From positions 1 to 62,535 of the forward strand of contig CADAJB010000007.1 in NCBI GenBank assembly GCA_902788085.1: DNA of 62,535 nt, read 5' to 3'. The notes beneath the pieces were generated by a model that saw only the letters and a program-made list of their open reading frames with translations, had not been told where the DNA came from and made no database searches. The stretch comes from an uncultured Eubacteriales bacterium. Lineage in GTDB: Bacteria > Bacillota > Clostridia > Christensenellales > UBA1242. Within the stretch, counting starts at the first letter, position 1. Each line of letters begins with the position of its first letter. A program made the translations under genes and the position numbers. Shown piece by piece: positions 11,012 through 18,516 of this stretch.

Positions 11012-11085
11012 ATACTTAAAAGTCTCCTATTAGGTCGATAATACTGGCATAGTATATAACAAAACTAATAAAAAAGCAAGAAAAA

Positions 11086-11117
11086 ATACAAAAAGGCTTA
11101 AAAAAAGCCCTTTTTTA
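11086..11117 (-). terminator. rho-independent terminator, probably the original glmS terminator now displaced by the islet
   Basis: The minus strand reads AAAAAGGGCTT-TTTTT-AAGCCTTTTT followed by a T-rich run. It lies just outside the left 17-bp direct repeat. Confidence 0.5.
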
Positions 11118-11134
11118 GAACATTTATATAAAAT

Positions 11135-11151
11135 AAAACAAAATACTACTC
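11135..11151. repeat. left 17-bp direct repeat (AAAACAAAATACTACTC) bounding the recombinase islet
   Basis: Exact copy of 12594..12610, which overlaps the glmS stop codon. Confidence 0.85.
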
Positions 11152-11174
11152 AGCATAAGATAACTTAACGAATC

Positions 11175-11441
11175 TCAGTCTTCGTCTTCTGTGAGTTTAT
11201 CAAACAATGCGACTAAATCACGGCTAGTCTTCTCTATAATGCTTATCTTTCGCAAATAATTAATAGCAATCTCCAAAGCAGCCGCATCTTCTTTCTGTCT
11301 ATTATAGTAGGAAGATATTTTTTCTTCTGACCAATCCTGCATAAATGGTGGTAAATATCTCCTTTCTGTTGGTCTTGTTGCTTTAAATTTAATCTTTCTT
11401 AATATCTCAACAACATCTTCTAAATTGTTTACTTCTCTCAT
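11175..11441 (-). CDS. hypothetical small acidic protein of the islet
   Basis: Start trimmed to MREVNNLEDVV (ATG 11441, RBS ACGGAG), 1 nt after the stop of the upstream ORF. I recognise no family. Confidence 0.5.
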   Translation of the reverse strand: MREVNNLEDVVEILRKIKFKATRPTERRYLPPFMQDWSEEKISSYYNRQKEDAAALEIAINYLRKISIIEKTSRDLVALFDKLTEDED

Positions 11442-11442
11442 A

Positions 11443-11670
11443 TTATATATCTCCGTTTTTTCTCTTTCTGTGTTTTCCTCTACCTTTCGGCTTATACACC
11501 CCTTCTGCAAGTGCCTTATTAACAATAATTTTTATTGAATTTTGCCATAGGTTATACTTTGCCATTATTTCCTTGTATGTCATATCTTTTTCAAAATAGT
11601 CAGCCAAAAGTTCATTCTCTTGCTCTTTGTTTAATTTTTTATTTGCAGGATTGTAACCTTTTTTTTTCAT
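11443..11670 (-). CDS. small helix-turn-helix protein of the islet
   Basis: 75-aa ORF. YKEIMAKYNLWQNSIKIIVNKA looks like an HTH, and the tail is basic. The start ATG sits immediately before an A9 tract shared with the upstream ORF. Confidence 0.55.
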   Translation of the reverse strand: MKKKGYNPANKKLNKEQENELLADYFEKDMTYKEIMAKYNLWQNSIKIIVNKALAEGVYKPKGRGKHRKRKNGDI

Positions 11671-11890
11671 ACGGTTTCCAGTTCCCTTGCCCTTTATGTA
11701 TAGGTTTTCTACCTACAAATGAAGGCACTCTTGCTTTTATTTCCCCACTACGCAAGTATGGTTTTACAATATTGCTAATTGTTGTAGGTGTTAAACCTGT
11801 TGTTTCACCAATATATTTAAGTTTAACCCCTTGCTTATAAAGAGTTAAAATTTGTTGTTTTGTTTCTTCTGTAATAATTTTTCTTGCCAT
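11639..11890 (-). CDS. small helix-turn-helix protein of the islet (resolvase/transposase-type HTH)
   Basis: 83-aa ORF. ILTLYKQGVKLKYIGETTGLTPTTISNIV resembles an HTH_23/HTH_7-like motif. It overlaps the next ORF by 32 nt across the A9 tract. Confidence 0.6.
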   Translation of the reverse strand: MARKIITEETKQQILTLYKQGVKLKYIGETTGLTPTTISNIVKPYLRSGEIKARVPSFVGRKPIHKGQGNWKPYEKKRLQSCK

Positions 11891-11903
11891 AAAACACCTT
11901 CTC

Positions 11904-12500
11904 TTAACATAGTGCGACTTCTCTTGCTACGACCGTTCTACTTATGCCCATTTTTTTACTAATTTGATTTTGGCTAACACCACTAACATATAACGCTTTT
12001 ATGTTTGCAATTTGCTCTTCTGTAATAGTTCTTCTTCTACCAAGTTGAACACCTTGTTCTTTTAATGCTTTCAATTTGTTTTTTGTATCATAACTAATAA
12101 GTCTTTTTTGGAACTCGTCAGCCAAAAAGAATTGAGATAAAGCCATCCATTCGTACGGGTTGAGTTTTTTACCACCTTGTAATGTTGTGCCATTGCTCAA
12201 GAAGTTAATATTAACCCCATATTCAAGGGTAATTGTATCAACAATATCCAAACAATCAATGTAGTTACAACCAAATCTTGAACTTTCTGTAAACACGACA
12301 GTGTCCCCTGGTCTTAAAACCGATAACATTTCACGGAAAGCCTTTCTCTCATCACCACGGACACCACCTGAAATATGTTCTTCAAAAACTCTTTCTATAT
12401 CTAGCCCACTGTGTTCAATAAGGTATTTTTGCCTTTCAAAGTCTTGTGATTTTTTCGCTTTTTTTGCACTAACACGAAAATACGCATAAATTTTACTCAT
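11904..12500 (-). CDS. serine recombinase (resolvase/invertase family, C-terminal HTH)
   Basis: N-terminal YAYFRVSAKK (catalytic Ser), HISGG, PGDTVVFTESSRFGCN, GVQLGRRRT, and C-terminal HTH ISKKMGISRTVVAREV. Same layout as Hin/Gin/Tn3 resolvase. Confidence 0.9.
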   Translation of the reverse strand: MSKIYAYFRVSAKKAKKSQDFERQKYLIEHSGLDIERVFEEHISGGVRGDERKAFREMLSVLRPGDTVVFTESSRFGCNYIDCLDIVDTITLEYGVNINFLSNGTTLQGGKKLNPYEWMALSQFFLADEFQKRLISYDTKNKLKALKEQGVQLGRRRTITEEQIANIKALYVSGVSQNQISKKMGISRTVVAREVALC

Positions 12501-12554
12501 AATATCTCCTTTACAAAGCCATCAAATGTATGGACTTACATGGTTTATATAGTT

Positions 12555-12583
12555 ATTATATCATAATAACATAAAAAACACAA
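12555..12583 (-). promoter_or_regulatory. putative sigma-A promoter for the recombinase
   Basis: The minus strand reads TTGTGT, 17 nt, TGATATAAT (extended -10), about 55 nt upstream of the ATG. Confidence 0.45.
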
Positions 12584-12593
12584 GCAAAAATTA

Positions 12594-12610
12594 AAAACAA
12601 AATACTACTC
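12594..12610. repeat. right 17-bp direct repeat (AAAACAAAATACTACTC), overlapping the glmS stop
   Basis: Exact copy of 11135..11151. It contains the glmS codons GAG-TAG on the minus strand. Confidence 0.85.
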
Positions 12611-14401
12611 TACTGTAACTGACTTTGCAAGGTTTCGGGGTTTATCTACATTTAAGTTTTTTTGTTTAGCAAGAAGCAATGCTAATTGTTGCAAAACCTT
12701 TGTGGCGACAAATGGCGAAAACACATCTTTTTTGTTGTTTATGTAAATACAAAAATCCACAACAATATCAACCTTTTGCGAAGTAATTAAAATTATATGT
12801 GCGCCACGGCTTTGCATTTCTATAATATTGCTAATCACTTTTTGGGTTAACTCTTTTTGGGTTAGCAACACTATTGCATAAGTTGTGTTATTAAAAAGCG
12901 CCAAACTGCCATGTTTTAACTCGCCTAATGGCATAGCCTCGCAATGAATATAACTAACTTCTTTTATCTTTAAAGCACCTTCTTGTGCAGTTATATAGTC
13001 TATATCCCGCCCTAATATATACAAACTTTGTAGGTCTTTTATGGCGTTTACAACTGGTTGAAGTTTTAAATAATAATCTTCTTTTAAGCATAAAGCAACA
13101 TCTAACAAGTCTTTATAACTATAATCTATATTTTTGCCTAAAACTTTACTAATCCACTCGGTTAACAAAAAAGCCGAACAAAGTTGCGCTATATACGCTT
13201 TTGTGCTTGCTACCGAGTTTTCGGTGCCTGCGCTTGTAAACAAGCAATAATCCACCATATTAGATATGCGTGATGTATAAACATTAGTTATGCCTAAGCA
13301 AAAAGCCCCACTTTGTTTGGCTAGTTCTAAACACCCCAAAGTATCTGCTGTTTCGCCACTTTGTGATATAAAAATGCAAAAACTATGCTTATCTAAAAAG
13401 TTGTTTTTATACCTAAATTCGCTAGCATAATCTACAACGCAAAATATGCCACAATACTTTTGCAATAAATACCCCAAAACTCTGCCCGCGTGCAAGGCCG
13501 TTCCGCAAGCACAAATAAAAAAGGTTTTGGCGCTTTCTATCGCATTTTTTGGTATGTATGATAAAGCATTGTTATATAGTATATTTTGCGCTGTATTTAA
13601 TAGTGCACTAGGGCTTTGGTTAATCTCTTTTTCCATAAACGAAGAAAAACCATTTATATCTGTATCTAAACCATTGTTTTTTACATCTAACTTTTGTAGT
13701 ATAACTGGTTCTAAATTAAAGTTATAGCATTTAAAACCATCTTTAAAAACAAGCCCTAAGGTATTGTCTTTTAGTTTATAAACTTGGGCTTTTTGTGGCA
13801 ACCCCACTATATCACTTGCAACCATAACCCCTGTATTTGTTTTGCCTATAACAAGTGGGCTAAACTTTGTTGCTATAAACAAACAATTTAAGTTGTCTAT
13901 TAATATACACAACGCAAACGAGCCTTTTAGCATTGGCAAAACCTTATTTAAAGCGTTTAACACATTTTTTATAGTGTAGGCTTTGCCTTTTAATTTTTGC
14001 ATAATAAGATTTGGTATAACTTCGGTATCTGTATCCGAAACTAAGTTTATGCCATCTAAATACAAAGTTTGTTTTAATTGCAAAAAATTTTCGATAATTC
14101 CGTTATGTACAACTGCAATTTTTTTATTTTCACTTATTTGTGGGTGCGCGTTTTTTGTGCAAACTTTTCCGTGAGTTGCCCAGCGTGTATGCCCTATCAT
14201 AACACTAGCCGGGGTTGCGTTTTTTTGTAGTGCTTGTTTTAAGTTATCAACCCCACCTGTTACTTTAACCGTGTATAAACCTTTGTTTAACAAATACCCT
14301 ACGCCTGCGCTATCATACCCGCGATATTCTAGTTTTTTTAAGCAATCTAGCACAATATTTTGGGCAGGTTTTTTGCCTATATAGCCTGCAATTCCGCACA
14401 T
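12605..14401 (-). CDS. glmS: glutamine--fructose-6-phosphate aminotransferase
   Basis: Starts MCGIAGYIG (Ntn Cys1) and has two SIS domains. C-terminus is NLAKSVTVE. Confidence 0.95.
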   Translation of the reverse strand: MCGIAGYIGKKPAQNIVLDCLKKLEYRGYDSAGVGYLLNKGLYTVKVTGGVDNLKQALQKNATPASVMIGHTRWATHGKVCTKNAHPQISENKKIAVVHNGIIENFLQLKQTLYLDGINLVSDTDTEVIPNLIMQKLKGKAYTIKNVLNALNKVLPMLKGSFALCILIDNLNCLFIATKFSPLVIGKTNTGVMVASDIVGLPQKAQVYKLKDNTLGLVFKDGFKCYNFNLEPVILQKLDVKNNGLDTDINGFSSFMEKEINQSPSALLNTAQNILYNNALSYIPKNAIESAKTFFICACGTALHAGRVLGYLLQKYCGIFCVVDYASEFRYKNNFLDKHSFCIFISQSGETADTLGCLELAKQSGAFCLGITNVYTSRISNMVDYCLFTSAGTENSVASTKAYIAQLCSAFLLTEWISKVLGKNIDYSYKDLLDVALCLKEDYYLKLQPVVNAIKDLQSLYILGRDIDYITAQEGALKIKEVSYIHCEAMPLGELKHGSLALFNNTTYAIVLLTQKELTQKVISNIIEMQSRGAHIILITSQKVDIVVDFCIYINNKKDVFSPFVATKVLQQLALLLAKQKNLNVDKPRNLAKSVTVE

Positions 14402-15147
14402 TATTTTTTACCCCCAAAACTTAAATAGGCGCTAACCAAACGATTATAAATTTTGCCTTTATTTAAAAACTTTATGCCACTAACACTTGCCTGCATTTTA
14501 AAGGTTTTTATAAGGTTTTTTAAGCGTTTGCTTACGCCAAAATTTCCGTCTATCACTTCAACTTTTAACAGCCTTTTTATATAATTTTTAAAAAACACAT
14601 AATGTGTGCATCCAAGCACAACGCAGTCAATTTTGTTTTTACACGGCAATAACAATTTAGTTAAATATTCTTGCACCACTTTTTTTGTGTATAAATTGTT
14701 TTCAATTAAATAAGCAAGGTCTTGGGGGCATAAACAAAAAACATTAAAATACCTTTTAGTTAGGTTTGTAATTTTACTGTTTTTTATAGTATTAGATGTA
14801 GCAAGCAACAATATATTTTTGTGCTTTTTTACAGCAGGCACAAGTGCGGGCTCGGTGCCAATAAAGATAATGGACTTGTATTTGTTTCTTAAATAACTTA
14901 CTACAAGAGCCGTTGCCGTATTGCACGCTAAAACCACAATTTTGGGGTTGTATTGATTAATTAAATTTTTTATTGTATTTTTTATGCTATACACAAGTTT
15001 AGTTTTTGACTTGTTGCCATAAGGCATATTATCTTCATCGGCATAATATAAATACGGCTGATTAGGCACAAGTTTGTAACACCTATACAGCGTAGAAACG
15101 CCACCTATACCGCTATCAAAAAATAAAATTGGTTGGTTGTTAATCAT
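14401..15147 (-). CDS. murI: glutamate racemase
   Basis: FFDSGIGGVS near the N-terminus, plus LACNTA and VLGCTHY catalytic Cys motifs. Its stop overlaps the glmS start (TAATG). Confidence 0.9.
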   Translation of the reverse strand: MINNQPILFFDSGIGGVSTLYRCYKLVPNQPYLYYADEDNMPYGNKSKTKLVYSIKNTIKNLINQYNPKIVVLACNTATALVVSYLRNKYKSIIFIGTEPALVPAVKKHKNILLLATSNTIKNSKITNLTKRYFNVFCLCPQDLAYLIENNLYTKKVVQEYLTKLLLPCKNKIDCVVLGCTHYVFFKNYIKRLLKVEVIDGNFGVSKRLKNLIKTFKMQASVSGIKFLNKGKIYNRLVSAYLSFGGKK

Positions 15148-15178
15148 AAAGTGGTATATGCAAAAAATAAAAACAAGG

Positions 15179-15988
15179 TTAACAAAACCTGTTTAAAATA
15201 TCTTTTGAATACAAACTATTGTTTATTGCGTTAGATATAATATAGGCGCACTTTTTTATAACAAAATCTATCTCTTTGGGTGTAAAATGCCTGTATATAC
15301 CATCGCAACTATTTTGTGTTATGCTTTCAATCCCTATAAGAAGCGGAACACCAACAGATATAACAGGTACACCCAAACTATATTTATTTAATATTTTTTT
15401 ACCACTATCTACCCCACCACCTGGCAAAATGCCCGCATTGCTAACCTGAAAAGTTAGACCTAATCTTTCTAAACTAAACGCTGTTAAACTATCCACCGCT
15501 AAAACTACATCTGGCTTAATTTTGCGCACAGTTTGATAGATTATATCGTACGAACTTACACCCGTTAAACCTTCTACACTAGGCAAAATATAACAAAGTT
15601 TTGGCAGATTTAGCGCAGAAAGTATATCACTGTTTACAACGCACAACCCATGGCAAACCAAACTGCCTAAACTATCACAAACCATATTGCCGTTTCCTAG
15701 CCCTACAACCATTAATTTTATAATGTTTTTGTTTAATTTTTTGTAAAAATTATTTAAAGTTAAGCAGAGTTGTTTAGATATATAATTTTGTATTTTTTTA
15801 GACCACAAAAAGTTTTGTTTTGCCTTAAATGTAACATAATGCCCTGTGCCTTTTTTTAATATTATGCTTAATTTTTTATTTACATTTAGTTCATACTTTA
15901 ATACGCCATACGCACCTTTTTGGGTGATTTTGCCTAATATTTTATTTTGATTGGCGTTTTGCAGTAATTCATCTAATAAATCTGTCAT
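15179..15988 (-). CDS. gpr: GPR-like spore germination protease (short form)
   Basis: MVVGLGNGNMVCDSLGSLV, KPDVVLAVDSLTA, ILPGGGV and GVPVISVGVPLL match the GPR endopeptidase core. At 269 aa it is shorter than the Bacillus enzyme. Confidence 0.75.
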   Translation of the reverse strand: MTDLLDELLQNANQNKILGKITQKGAYGVLKYELNVNKKLSIILKKGTGHYVTFKAKQNFLWSKKIQNYISKQLCLTLNNFYKKLNKNIIKLMVVGLGNGNMVCDSLGSLVCHGLCVVNSDILSALNLPKLCYILPSVEGLTGVSSYDIIYQTVRKIKPDVVLAVDSLTAFSLERLGLTFQVSNAGILPGGGVDSGKKILNKYSLGVPVISVGVPLLIGIESITQNSCDGIYRHFTPKEIDFVIKKCAYIISNAINNSLYSKDILNRFC

Positions 15989-16044
15989 ATCTACCCTTAT
16001 ATTGTGTTTTAAATAATTATTTACAAAAAATTAGCAAATAACTC

Positions 16045-16073
16045 TTGCAATATAAAAAAAATTATGTTAAACT
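16045..16073 (+). promoter_or_regulatory. sigma-A type promoter of rpsT
   Basis: TTGCAA, 17 nt, TGtTAAACT (extended -10), about 30 nt upstream of the GTG start. Confidence 0.6.
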
Positions 16074-16105
16074 AACAAAGCAAATTTATATTTAGGAGAA
16101 ACAAA

Positions 16106-16378
16106 GTGGCAAACATTAAATCACAAAAAAAGAGAATTGAATTAGCAAAAGCCGAAAACTTGCAAAACAAGTCTAAAAAATCTCGTATTGCTACCGAAGT
16201 GCGTACTTACCGCGGTTTAGTTAAAGAACAAAAGTTTGACGAAGCACAAAAAGCATTAAACAACTTATTTAGTTTAATAGACCGTGCAAGGTTAGATAAT
16301 GTTTACAAACAAAACACTGCTAGCCGTAAAAAAGCTGCACTAGCACGCGAATTAAGCCAAGCTAAAAACGCTAAATAA
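16106..16378 (+). CDS. rpsT: 30S ribosomal protein S20
   Basis: MANIKSQKKRIELAKAENLQNKSKKS... is a typical S20 N-terminus. GTG start with RBS AGGAGA. Confidence 0.95.
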   Translation: MANIKSQKKRIELAKAENLQNKSKKSRIATEVRTYRGLVKEQKFDEAQKALNNLFSLIDRARLDNVYKQNTASRKKAALARELSQAKNAK

Positions 16379-16393
16379 TCAAAAATTTTCAAC

Positions 16394-16418
16394 TAGGGGG
16401 CTATCCCCTATTTTTTTT
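16394..16418 (+). terminator. rho-independent terminator after rpsT
   Basis: TAGGGG-GCTAT-CCCCTA followed by T8. Confidence 0.75.
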
Positions 16419-16428
16419 AGGAGTTTGT

Positions 16429-17178
16429 ATGAAATTAATAATAAATGCCGATGATTTTGGTCTTTCTAAATCGGTAAACAAAGGCATAATAGAAGGTTTA
16501 TCACAAGGCATTGTTTCTAGCACTAGCCTTATGGTAAACACCCCATACACACAAGAAGCAATCGAATTTATACGCAAACTAAAATTAAAAAATGTAGGTA
16601 TTCATTTAAACCTAACCTACGGATTTTCGGTATTGCCCGCCAACGAAGTTTCTTCGTTAGTAGATAGTACTGGCAGGTTTCATTATGTTTGTTTACTTGG
16701 ATATTACACACAATATATAGATGCAAAAAAAGAATTAAGGGCGCAAATTGAAAAGTTTTTAAAAGCAGGTTTAAAACCCACTCATTTAGACTATCACCAC
16801 TACTTCCACGAAGTGCCAAACATTTTTAAAGCATACTTAGAACTAGCAAAAGAATATAACCTACCTGTTAGAACAATGACACCCGAAACACGCGCTATGG
16901 CAAAAGAAATGGGGCTTGTTACAACCGACGAATTTAGTTTTGACTTCCACAACGATTATGGTGTAAATGTAGAAACGCTAAAAGATATTGTAAGCAAATA
17001 TAAAAACACCGATAAAACAGTAGAAATTTTAACTCATATTGGCTATATAGACGAATACACACAAAACCAAACAAACTATTTAATCCGCGAAAAAGAAATA
17101 GAAGTTTTAAAACAAGCAAAACAGCAAGGTGTTTTTGATGACTGCTCACTTATTAGTTTTGCCGATTTAAAAAAGTAA
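16429..17178 (+). CDS. YdjC/ChbG family carbohydrate deacetylase
   Basis: MKLIINADDFGLSKSVNKGI... and HLDYHHY motifs are characteristic of the YdjC family. Confidence 0.85.
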   Translation: MKLIINADDFGLSKSVNKGIIEGLSQGIVSSTSLMVNTPYTQEAIEFIRKLKLKNVGIHLNLTYGFSVLPANEVSSLVDSTGRFHYVCLLGYYTQYIDAKKELRAQIEKFLKAGLKPTHLDYHHYFHEVPNIFKAYLELAKEYNLPVRTMTPETRAMAKEMGLVTTDEFSFDFHNDYGVNVETLKDIVSKYKNTDKTVEILTHIGYIDEYTQNQTNYLIREKEIEVLKQAKQQGVFDDCSLISFADLKK

Positions 17179-17205
17179 AGCCTAGTATTTTAGGCTTTAT
17201 TTTTA
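17178..17205 (+). terminator. rho-independent terminator
   Basis: AAGCCTA-GTATTT-TAGGCTT followed by a T-rich run. Confidence 0.7.
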
Positions 17206-17211
17206 TTAGTA

Positions 17212-17240
17212 TTGACTAACTTCTGTTTTTATGTTATACT
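17212..17240 (+). promoter_or_regulatory. sigma-A type promoter
   Basis: TTGACT, 17 nt, TGtTATACT. Confidence 0.6.
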
Positions 17241-17261
17241 TAAAACTATAAGGGGGTATTT

Positions 17262-17480
17262 ATGCCGAGTACAGAAAAGAAAGTTCAGCATCTAGAAAAC
17301 AAAATTGACAAAATTGACGACAAGCTAAACAAAAAATCTTCTGTTATTCTATACGAAATTTTTGAAAGATATTATTTAAAAAGAAACGAAAAATTAAGAG
17401 ATAAAAAAACAGAATTAAGAAGACAAATAGATATTTTGCAAGATGACGAACTAAAACTAGAATTAAATAAAAGCAGGTAA
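17262..17480 (+). CDS. small coiled-coil protein, unknown function
   Basis: 72-aa ORF with RBS AGGGGG and its own promoter and terminator. Lys/Glu-rich and predicted helical. Confidence 0.5.
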   Translation: MPSTEKKVQHLENKIDKIDDKLNKKSSVILYEIFERYYLKRNEKLRDKKTELRRQIDILQDDELKLELNKSR

Positions 17481-17499
17481 AAACCTGCTTTTTATTTTT
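17471..17499. terminator. bidirectional terminator between convergent genes
   Basis: AAGCAGGT-AAAA-ACCTGCTT flanked by an A-run and a T-run. Confidence 0.75.
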
Positions 17500-18439
17500 A
17501 ATCTGCCAAACCTACATTTTCGGCATCAACTATTTCGCATACTGCATCATATTCTTCATTGCGTGCTAGCACCCTTTCAACCTCGGCGTTTAACTTTTCG
17601 GTTTTTTCTTTGGTTGCAAACTCATAACTATTTGAATATTTTTTAAAGAATTTAGCACCCTTTTTGCCTTTTGCAAACTCTAACACTGCATCACTAACCG
17701 CAGACAACGAACCACCTGTCTGCCCATCTTTTATAGTTTTGTAGGCTTCTTTTATGTCTTTGCCTTCGTCTAATGCTTTTAGCACTTTTATAGTATCTAG
17801 GGCATCTTTACCCATGTATAAACCGTTAATACTATCTAGCACATACTTTGCCCACTTTGTTTGCATTTGTGGATATATAATATCTGCGCTGTTTTTAATT
17901 ATGTCTTCGGCTTTTTCTAGCATTTGGGTGCGTTCTTTATAAATTTTTTTGTTAAGCATTTGACTAACCTTAACATCTTCTATTTCGTCTTGAACATACT
18001 TACCACCTGCTTCTTTACCATAAACAGCAGCAACCTGAATATTTGTTGGTCTTAAATATTGAGTGTTTAAAAATAAGATATCTTTTGTTTTTGCATCTAT
18101 AACATTATATACACAACACTTTCCAACAAGTGGCAATACTACATCTTTCTCTAGTTGTACATAATATTTGCCATCGTTTTGTGCTAATTTTAATTCACAT
18201 TCAATCTTATGCATAACTTTAAAGGTATAAACAGATACTTTTACTTGTCTGCCCTCGGCTTCTTTTAATTTTTGCACATATTCGGGGTTTTCTAAAAACA
18301 ACCCACTTCTATCTCTTTTTATTTGAAATGCTAATTTTTCTAGTTCCGAAAGTTTAATTTCGTTTTCTCTTTCTTTTTTATGCATTTCTTCTCTTGCTTT
18401 TACTATGGATAATTTAATTTCGCGTTTTAAATCAAACAT
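17498..18439 (-). CDS. hypothetical protein (N-terminal coiled coil), start trimmed
   Basis: The ORF-track start at 18499 lies upstream of a consensus promoter -10. MFDLKREIKL (ATG 18439) has RBS GAGG. I recognise no family. Confidence 0.6.
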   Translation of the reverse strand: MFDLKREIKLSIVKAREEMHKKERENEIKLSELEKLAFQIKRDRSGLFLENPEYVQKLKEAEGRQVKVSVYTFKVMHKIECELKLAQNDGKYYVQLEKDVVLPLVGKCCVYNVIDAKTKDILFLNTQYLRPTNIQVAAVYGKEAGGKYVQDEIEDVKVSQMLNKKIYKERTQMLEKAEDIIKNSADIIYPQMQTKWAKYVLDSINGLYMGKDALDTIKVLKALDEGKDIKEAYKTIKDGQTGGSLSAVSDAVLEFAKGKKGAKFFKKYSNSYEFATKEKTEKLNAEVERVLARNEEYDAVCEIVDAENVGLAD

Positions 18440-18467
18440 ATAACAACCTCGTATAAAAATGTACAAA

Positions 18468-18496
18468 ATTATACAACAAAAAAAGCAGGCTGTCAA
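18468..18496 (-). promoter_or_regulatory. consensus sigma-A promoter embedded in the upstream gene's terminator
   Basis: The minus strand reads TTGACA, 17 nt, TATAAT. The -35 lies in the loop of the hairpin AGCAGG...CCTGCT. Confidence 0.65.
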
Positions 18497-18505
18497 CACC
18501 TGCTT
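18474..18505 (-). terminator. rho-independent terminator of the 18517..19416 gene
   Basis: The minus strand reads AAGCAGG-TGTTGACAG-CCTGCTT followed by T7. Confidence 0.6.
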
Positions 18506-18516
18506 ATACTATTTAA

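Larger units (their letters stand above)
11135..12610 (-). mobile_element. small (~1.46 kb) serine-recombinase integrative islet at the 3' end of glmS
   Basis: 17-bp perfect direct repeats at both ends. It carries a resolvase/invertase-type recombinase, two small HTH ORFs and one small acidic ORF. It splits the glmS stop codon from a downstream terminator hairpin. By eye, codon usage differs from the flanking genes. Confidence 0.6.

Noticed and set aside
11012-11085. Heat-shock operators (CIRCE or CtsR boxes) upstream of lon.
   Set aside because: No TTAGCACTC-N9-GAGTGCTAA and no tandem GGTCAAA repeats. Only a weak GGTCGATAAT, which I regard as chance.
14402-14470. Possible glmS ribozyme leader upstream of glmS.
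   Set aside because: The sequence immediately upstream of the glmS ATG is the 3' end of murI coding sequence (stop overlaps start), so no leader exists.
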